NCBI GenBank assembly: GCA_963794665.1
Contig: CAWCEW010000015.1
Span: forward strand, 82,618 to 146,617
Origin: an uncultured Alphaproteobacteria bacterium
Lineage (GTDB): Bacteria; Pseudomonadota; Alphaproteobacteria; Rhizobiales; Xanthobacteraceae
Direction: 5' to 3'
Length of the DNA: 64,000 nucleotides
Below are positions 58,376 to 64,000 of this stretch, piece by piece (the first letter of the stretch is position 1; every line of letters begins with the position of its first letter). The notes below the pieces were generated by a model that saw nothing but the letters and a program-made list of their open reading frames with translations, was not told the DNA's origin and did not search any database. The position numbers were made by a program, and so were the translations under genes.

Positions 58376-58487
58376 GTTGACAATCCGTCATGCGCACGCC
58401 GATTCGTCAATCGAATTTTTCAATATTGTGACAATAGATTTCCGCTTGCTCGCGGAGGGCAACTGACGATCCAGTGATTCGCCCGGA

Positions 58488-59057
58488 CTATGCGCCCGCC
58501 AGTTCTCTTTCGATGGCTGCGATTACAAGCGGGTCGGTCGGCTCGACCGCCGAGGGGAAAGCAGCCTTGAGTTGGCCATCGCGCCCGATGAGATATTTGT
58601 GAAAATTCCAGCGCGGCGCCTCGAGCGGCCGGTCGGTCGCCGCCCATCTGAAGAACGGATGGGCGTCCTTACCCTTCACCGCAACCTTTTCGGTGATCGG
58701 AAAGGTGACGTGGTACGTCCCCTGTGCGGTTGCATGAATCTCGCTTTTGCCGCCCGGCTCCTGCCCGCCGAAGTCGTTCGAGGGCACGCCCAGTACGATC
58801 AATCCGCGGTCGCGATAGCGCGTCCAGATTTGCTGGAGGCCCGTATATTGCGGGGTGTAGCCGCATTGGGAGGCCGTGTTGACTACAAGCAAAGGATGGC
58901 CAGCATAGGATGAAAGTAGGATATCGTCCCCATCGAGGCCTTTGAATGTGAAGGCGTAGGCCGTCACGCGGCTCATGCCGGTCGCCTGGGAGGTTCGGGC
59001 ACCGAGCCCGGTGAGGGAGATGGCGGCGAGTGCAATGAAATGTCGGCGGTCGATCAT
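58488..59057 (-). CDS. Glutathione peroxidase family protein with Tat-like signal
   Basis: DRRHFI signal, VNTASQCGYT, FGGQEPG, WNFHKYL. Confidence 0.93.
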   Translation of the reverse strand: MIDRRHFIALAAISLTGLGARTSQATGMSRVTAYAFTFKGLDGDDILLSSYAGHPLLVVNTASQCGYTPQYTGLQQIWTRYRDRGLIVLGVPSNDFGGQEPGGKSEIHATAQGTYHVTFPITEKVAVKGKDAHPFFRWAATDRPLEAPRWNFHKYLIGRDGQLKAAFPSAVEPTDPLVIAAIERELAGA

Positions 59058-59130
59058 GCCGCCACTATAACTGCCGGCATTTGACCGGCTGCGCAAAATT
59101 CCGTGAAAAAAGCGGAGCGATCGGCGCAAT

Positions 59131-59319
59131 TTACACCGCAACTATGCGCACCGTGGTCTCGAACGACGTGCCGCACGTGTCGCATTGCCACAGATGGCGC
59201 ACGCGGCTCCCGTCAAGACATTCAGACCATTCAGGAATGTAGATGCGCTCACCGCACTGGGCGCATTCAATCACCGGTCGCGAGCGCGCAAACTTTGCGA
59301 TATCGCGGGACACTTCCAT
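59131..59319 (-). CDS. Small zinc-ribbon protein (62 aa)
   Basis: GGAGG RBS. CAQC...HLWQCDTC..FET. Confidence 0.7.
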   Translation of the reverse strand: MEVSRDIAKFARSRPVIECAQCGERIYIPEWSECLDGSRVRHLWQCDTCGTSFETTVRIVAV

Positions 59320-59519
59320 GGGCCTTCCTCCCGACCAATTCTTTGACGTGGCCCCGTACCCCACGCTGTTTGATTTTCGACGGTAGTGCAATAGCTGAGC
59401 GAATGAAGCAGGAGCGTTGACATACCTTGCACTGCGGCTCATGAAATTTTTGCGGCAGAATGATCAAGCTCGAGTTAAAAATTTGCGGGCTGCCGGAATT
59501 TCAAATTTACTGCACTGCG

Positions 59520-59871
59520 TCAAAGCGTCATTCCAAATTTTCCCATGCGTCCAGATCGTCGCGAGATAAAGTGCGAAGGTGAGCGCGCAGCACGCTGCAA
59601 GCGTTGGCCAAAAACCGATTCCGTGCCGCAGCATTGTCGGCATCACAAGAAACATCGGAAGCGTTGGAAGCACATACCAGAACGTCGACTGTGCGTGCGC
59701 TGCGATGCGTTCAGCGTCGCTGGTATCATGCCACAGCCATAAAATGCCAAGGATCGAAACTAGCGGCAGCGAAACGATCAGTGCACCAAGTGTTGGCGAA
59801 CGGCGCGCGACTTCCGAGACGACGGCAATGATGAGACCGGACAAAGCGGCTTTAGCGGCCAGATAAAGCAT
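59520..59871 (-). CDS. DUF3147-like small membrane protein (frameshift at the 3' end)
   Basis: KAALSGLIIAVVSEVARRSP.LGALIVSLPLVS, FWYVLPTLPMF. Confidence 0.8.
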
Positions 59872-59888
59872 TCAAGCCTCCATTGGAT

Positions 59889-59913
59889 GGAACCCGGCGC
59901 GTGCGATGTGGTT
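59889..59913 (+). promoter_or_regulatory. Putative EcfG/SigT general-stress promoter
   Basis: GGAAC-N17-GTT ending 24 nt before the ATG at 59937. Confidence 0.6.
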
Positions 59914-59936
59914 AGGTTATAGGCTCAAAAGAGGGG

Positions 59937-60227
59937 ATGACTATGCGCGTTGTATTTGTTGCGCTTTGCTTGGTTTGCTTTGGTACTTTTACATTCGCGT
60001 CAGCGCGGGCCGACGACGAGCCAACCGACAAATCAGGCTACAGCACCGGCCGCCAACAGACCCCTGAGACGATCGGTCAGAAGCAGCCGCAAGGCTGGAC
60101 CGGCCCGCTCGAGACCGGGTCGGGCGGTGCGCCGCCGGAGAGTCCACAAGGTCAGAGCCCACCCGGGATGCAATCGGCCCCCGAAGGCTCATCGAAGACG
60201 ACGGTCGAACCCGACAAGAGCAAGTAG
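59937..60227 (+). CDS. Small secreted hydrophilic protein
   Basis: GAGGGG RBS, signal peptide ending ARA, Gly/Pro/Gln/Ser-rich mature part. Confidence 0.75.
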   Translation: MTMRVVFVALCLVCFGTFTFASARADDEPTDKSGYSTGRQQTPETIGQKQPQGWTGPLETGSGGAPPESPQGQSPPGMQSAPEGSSKTTVEPDKSK

Positions 60228-60375
60228 CGCCACCTTCGGCCTGGCAGCGGCGACCGCGGTGTTGCCGCAATGCATTTTGTCGATTTTTTCAACGGATACG
60301 GAGGCAGTGGAATGCGCTCTCGGTTGGGGGCAAGATACGGACCTGTGACGGGATGCCGGCTCAAGAGGATTCTAC

Positions 60376-60684
60376 GTGAGCCAGAAGACCCTCGAGAAAC
60401 CGCGGACTAAAGTAAAACCGAAGACGCAGCGGCCCCCGCTGTGGAAGGTAATCCTGCTCAATGACGATTTTACGCCACGTGAATTCGTCGTCTTGGTGCT
60501 TAAGGCCGTCTTCCGGATGAATGAAAGCCATGCCTACAAGGTTATGATGACAGCGCACCAGAAGGGCGCCTGCGTGATCGCGGTCTATACGCGCGACGTG
60601 GCGGAAACAAAGGCGAAGGAAGCGACCGAGATGGGTCGCGCGAAAGGCTATCCGCTTTATTTTACGACCGAAAAGGAAGAATAG
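60376..60684 (+). CDS. clpS: ATP-dependent Clp protease adaptor, ClpS2 type
   Basis: KVILLNDDFTPREFV, MMTAH, AETKA. No adjacent clpA. Confidence 0.95.
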   Translation: MSQKTLEKPRTKVKPKTQRPPLWKVILLNDDFTPREFVVLVLKAVFRMNESHAYKVMMTAHQKGACVIAVYTRDVAETKAKEATEMGRAKGYPLYFTTEKEE

Positions 60685-61114
60685 CGCGGCACTTCTTCGC
60701 ATTGACGGAAGAAGCGGTAGACTTCGGGGGCCCGTAGCCAGATAAGTTGGTGCGTCAGGCCGCCATGCTGGCTGAGCCAGATCTTGATGTCGGTCGGGTA
60801 AGATTTCCAGAGCGTTGCGGTCACGCGAGGCAAGTCGGTGAGCCGGAAGCCAAAGCGTCCCTCAGGTGTGACACAGATGTGTTCGCGGCTGAGATTGCCG
60901 ACGACCATCGTGCACTCGGATTCACATGGGCCGGCAACTCGGACATGAATTCCATCTCGGCGATACTGGGCCCAGCGCGCAACGTAGTTGATCCGCTGCC
61001 GCCATGATCGTCGATGATGTCGATCGTCTCGGTTTGCGCGGCGACGCATTCAACGCCGCAAGTGCCGCTGCAACAAAATGCTGTTACTTATCGCGATGAT
61101 CTCGGCCCTGCCAT
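60657..61114 (-). CDS. Conserved secreted hypothetical protein (frameshifted 5' end)
   Basis: Fragments FVAAALAAL / ETIDIIDDHGG / VRVAGPCESECT..ICVTP..FGF. Start uncertain. Confidence 0.6.
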
Positions 61115-61411
61115 GTTCAGGCGTTTGGCGTATTTTTCGACGCTTCGCGTCCTCCATATGGTCGACGGCACGCGCTAGGCCCACAATTTTGTGTGGCTCT
61201 CGCCGGATGAGGCTGCGCACATTGCTGTGATCGCAGCCGGGACGGCCAACGGGCGTGGAGTTTTGCTCCAGTCCTGACGCCGCGAGCACGGACTCGCCCT
61301 TTCAACCAGCAGATAGGCCGCCTCCCATCGAAATGCCTATGAAGGAGGTCCGCCGGGAGTTTTTGGCGCCCATGCCTTGAACCCGGATGCGGATTATTGA
61401 ATGATAATTTT

Positions 61412-61812
61412 ATGAAAAGGATCCCATTTGCGGTGGCTACCGTAGCGGTTCTGTTTCTCGCCCAGCCTGGCACTGCCGTGTCCGGGCCTGGCGGCGGGAA
61501 GGGCGGACCCGGTTTTAAATTTAGCGGCCACGGTCACCACGCGATGAAAACAAAGGCCAGTGGTGGAAGAACAACAATAACAACTGGTGGTACGCGATGA
61601 ATAACGGCCAGATCTGGTGGCAGAACAAATGGTGGTACGCCGGCTATGGCGGCGTGTACGCGACACAGCCTGCCGCTACCGAAACGGTTGCTGTGCCGGT
61701 CGTAGTCGCGGTCGAAACATCCCGGCCATGCCAGCGCATCCAGCAGCCGATGACGGTCCGTTCCGAAGACGGCGGCGAGCGCATCATCTCGGTCACGCGC
61801 TGCCAGAACTGA
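61412..61812 (+). CDS. Secreted low-complexity Gly/Trp/Asn-rich protein (frameshift near 61548)
   Basis: Signal peptide, GPGGGKGG, WWKNNNNNWWYA / WWQNKWWYA, C-terminal Cys pair. Confidence 0.65.
61538..61640 (+). repeat. Degenerate tandem duplication inside the Trp/Asn-rich gene
   Basis: Two copies of ACGCGATGAA..GGCCAG..TGGTGG.AGAACAA..TGGTGGTACGC. Confidence 0.7.
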
Positions 61813-61924
61813 GCCACCGGTAACCATTGCACTTAACGCTAACGCGCATTTTGTGCGTTCGGTCGATTTGTCGCGCGTCGGCTCCCTTGATATCTTTATC
61901 GCGAAATTCGTCCGGAGCAGGTCG

Positions 61925-62290
61925 ATGGTTGAAAAACGGAAAGCCGCCCGCTCGCGCACGCTGCTTGGCGGCGTGATCGCATTCAACAATCGTGCATCGA
62001 CGATGGATTGCCAGGTGCGCAATCTGTCGACCGGCGGCGCCAAAGTCACGTTCAGCAACACCGCCACCGTGCCGGATCAGTTCGATCTGAAGATCGCGCG
62101 CAAAGAGCGCTCATTCCGGGCCCGCATGATATGGCGGGCCCCCAATGAGGCCGGCGTCGCATTCCTGAGTGAATACAACCAGGATGTGCCGGTGCCGCTC
62201 GAATGGGCGAAGCGGCTGCGCGACTGCGAGGCCGAAAAAGCAGCCCTGCGCAAGCGCATCGCGCAGCTGAGCGAAAGCGGCGGCGTCTAG
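61925..62290 (+). CDS. PilZ domain protein with C-terminal coiled coil
   Basis: RKAAR (RxxxR) and NLSTGG (NxSxxG) motifs, IWR..AGVAF. Confidence 0.9.
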   Translation: MVEKRKAARSRTLLGGVIAFNNRASTMDCQVRNLSTGGAKVTFSNTATVPDQFDLKIARKERSFRARMIWRAPNEAGVAFLSEYNQDVPVPLEWAKRLRDCEAEKAALRKRIAQLSESGGV

Positions 62291-62298
62291 GCCTCGTC

Positions 62299-62658
62299 TT
62301 ATTTTGCTTCGATCAGGGCGACTGGCTGGCGTCCGTCGGGTCCGGCCGCGGGCTCGGGCGGTTGTGACGATTGCTGTGCCAGCGCCGCGCTGGCTGGGCT
62401 GCCGGCGAAATCGCAACAGCCTGAGGTGCCAGCGCCGCCTTGAACGGCGCTATCGATAGCTGCGATCGCTGGCGAAAGGCTTTGTAGCAGCGCCGCCTGC
62501 TTCTTGTTCTGTGCGTAGAGGTAGAGGCCGCCAAGCACGATCACGATCACCACCAAGATGACCAGTGTGTTGACGGTCTGATCCGCGCTCGCGCGCCGGC
62601 GTGCGGGACGCCTGCGACTTGCCCGTTTGTTTGCCGCCGCCTTTCGTTTCTTCGCCAT
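62299..62658 (-). CDS. Hypothetical single-pass membrane protein
   Basis: GGAG RBS, very basic N-terminus, one TM helix, Ala/Pro-rich tail (probably frameshifted). Confidence 0.6.
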   Translation of the reverse strand: MAKKRKAAANKRASRRRPARRRASADQTVNTLVILVVIVIVLGGLYLYAQNKKQAALLQSLSPAIAAIDSAVQGGAGTSGCCDFAGSPASAALAQQSSQPPEPAAGPDGRQPVALIEAK

Positions 62659-62902
62659 GGCGTAGAGCTCCCTCGATGGTGTTGCCAACGCACGGCACTG
62701 CACCTCAATTCACTCGAACCAGGGCACCTCACTCCAATGCAAACCCGCTCCTGGGCCAAGCCGCCCGGGCGCGCAGTAACGGATACCGAATCAACGGCGT
62801 TAGCTTAGCCGATTCGGGCCTTTCAAGGGTGAACGCGGTACCGGCGAACCGCGGGCGGGCCGTTGTCCCGTGGTGATCGGTATGGTCTGATTGCCTCGAA
62901 TC

Positions 62903-63661
62903 ATGTCGCAACGCGTCCTGATAACGGCCGGGGCCGCCGGCATCGGCCGTGAGTTTGCTCGCGCCTTTGCTGCGAACGGCGCCAAAGTCTTCGTCTGCGA
63001 CATCGACGAGAAGGCCCTTGCCGCAATTGCTAAGGAAATTCCCGGCATAACCGCGCGGCGCTACGATATGGCGAGCCGCGCCGAGATCGAGCGGATGGTG
63101 CCGGAGGCCGTGGGGGTGCTCGGCGGGCTTGACGTGCTCATCAACAATGCCGGCATCGCCGGCCTGACGCTGCCGATCGTCGACTACCCGCCAGACGATT
63201 GGGACAAGGTTGTCGCGGTCAACCTCACGGCCATGTTCGACGTCTCGCGGCTTGCCATCCCGCATCTGAAGAAATCGAAGGCGGGCTGCATCATCAACAT
63301 GTCGTCGATTGCAGGCCGCTACGGCTTTCCCAATCGCAGCCCCTATGCAGCGACGAAATGGGGTGTCATCGGCCTGACCAAGACGCTGGCCATGGAGCTC
63401 GGCGAATGGGGCATCCGCGCCAACGCGATCGCGCCCGGCGCAGTCGAGGGTGACCGTATCGTGCGCGTTTTCCAGGGGCGCGCGCAGATCAGCGGGCGCT
63501 CCTTGGAGGATGTAAAGGCCGATGCGCTGGCCGCGGCTTCGATCAAGGCCATGGTTGATCCGAAGGATATCGCGCAGCTGGCGGTCTTTCTCGCATCCGA
63601 CGCTGCGAAGGCAATCTCGGGTCAGGTGATCCCGATCGATAACGACCGCCAGAATGCGTAA
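62903..63661 (+). CDS. SDR family oxidoreductase
   Basis: TAGAAGIG, NNAG, YAATK, ISGQ. Confidence 0.93.
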   Translation: MSQRVLITAGAAGIGREFARAFAANGAKVFVCDIDEKALAAIAKEIPGITARRYDMASRAEIERMVPEAVGVLGGLDVLINNAGIAGLTLPIVDYPPDDWDKVVAVNLTAMFDVSRLAIPHLKKSKAGCIINMSSIAGRYGFPNRSPYAATKWGVIGLTKTLAMELGEWGIRANAIAPGAVEGDRIVRVFQGRAQISGRSLEDVKADALAAASIKAMVDPKDIAQLAVFLASDAAKAISGQVIPIDNDRQNA

Positions 63662-63949
63662 GCGCGGCAAAATGCGCGCACCTTAACCCTGTCTGCGCTG
63701 AAAAAGTTTATGAAGAAAAATGCCGCGCTGAAGAATTAAAATTGCTCCGTGATCGTCGCGCCTAGCCAATTTACCAAAGAAATTGTCGCTTCAGGCGGTT
63801 TCCCTTCCACGTTTACCTTACCTGGTCAGCTTACCAGACAGATTCGGTAGCCGCTGCAGCCGCAAGCGGTTACGGGTCATCCTTCACATGAAAGGCAAAG
63901 CGGAAAATACCGTTCACACGGCCGGACCGCTTTGATGGATGGAGTACCA

Positions 63950-64000
63950 GTGTTGAAAAAAGCAACGATGTTGATTGCAGCGCTTCTTTCAATTGCGCTT
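63950..64000 (+). CDS. Start of a secreted protein (partial)
   Basis: GGAG RBS, then GTG-LKKATMLIAALLSIAL signal-peptide-like sequence running off the window. Confidence 0.55.
   Translation, partial: MLKKATMLIAALLSIAL

Noticed and set aside
58244-58477. C-terminal extension of the EAL ORF to 58477
   Set aside because: It runs through a terminator and the sRNA candidate. A stop at 58244 in the neighbouring frame is more plausible.
63880-63940. c-di-GMP-I riboswitch (GAAAGGCAAA seed)
   Set aside because: Lacks the GNRA-capped stem and the downstream GACGCAAAG consensus.
1-64000. Mobile elements, prophage, CRISPR, defence systems, tRNA/rRNA
   Set aside because: I saw no transposase, integrase, phage, cas or nuclease-cluster motifs, no regular repeat-spacer array and no tRNA/rRNA signatures.

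Overview
A core-genome segment of a GC-rich alphaproteobacterium. Gene order and sequence style suggest Hyphomicrobiales, probably Xanthobacteraceae/Nitrobacteraceae-like (inference). Conserved blocks, in window order: nnrU-panB-yfgM-(lipoprotein)-der; SDR-purF-cvpA-radA-alr-dnaB; cfa; rplI-DUF2232-rpsR-rpsF; fabD-fabG-acpP-fabF-mltG-yicC-gmk; adh-rsmA-pdxA-surA-lptD-lptG-lptF; pepA-holC; ndk-terC-molybdopterin oxidoreductase; purN-purM; CDP-alcohol phosphatidyltransferase-AI-2E-hdaA-ppk-ppx; rnd; aspS. Two more variable zones are present: about 16-18.4 kb (PaaK/CapK-like ligase plus a disrupted Omp25-like porin) and about 55-64 kb (EAL, Gpx, ClpS2, PilZ and many small proteins). About 25 genes, including essential ones (der, dnaB, fabD, fabG, gmk, lptD, aspS), are broken by single-base indels. 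These are almost certainly sequencing/assembly errors, so coordinates span the reconstructed genes. I found no tRNA, rRNA, CRISPR array, IS, prophage or defence system, and no clear-cut new multi-gene system. Best leads: a candidate anti-Shine-Dalgarno sRNA (58.3 kb); a short lipoprotein in the bamB position; a three-hairpin RNA element inside the rpsF-rpsR-DUF2232-rplI operon; a redox/c-di-GMP/small-protein neighbourhood; a LexA box at radA; and an EcfG-type promoter.
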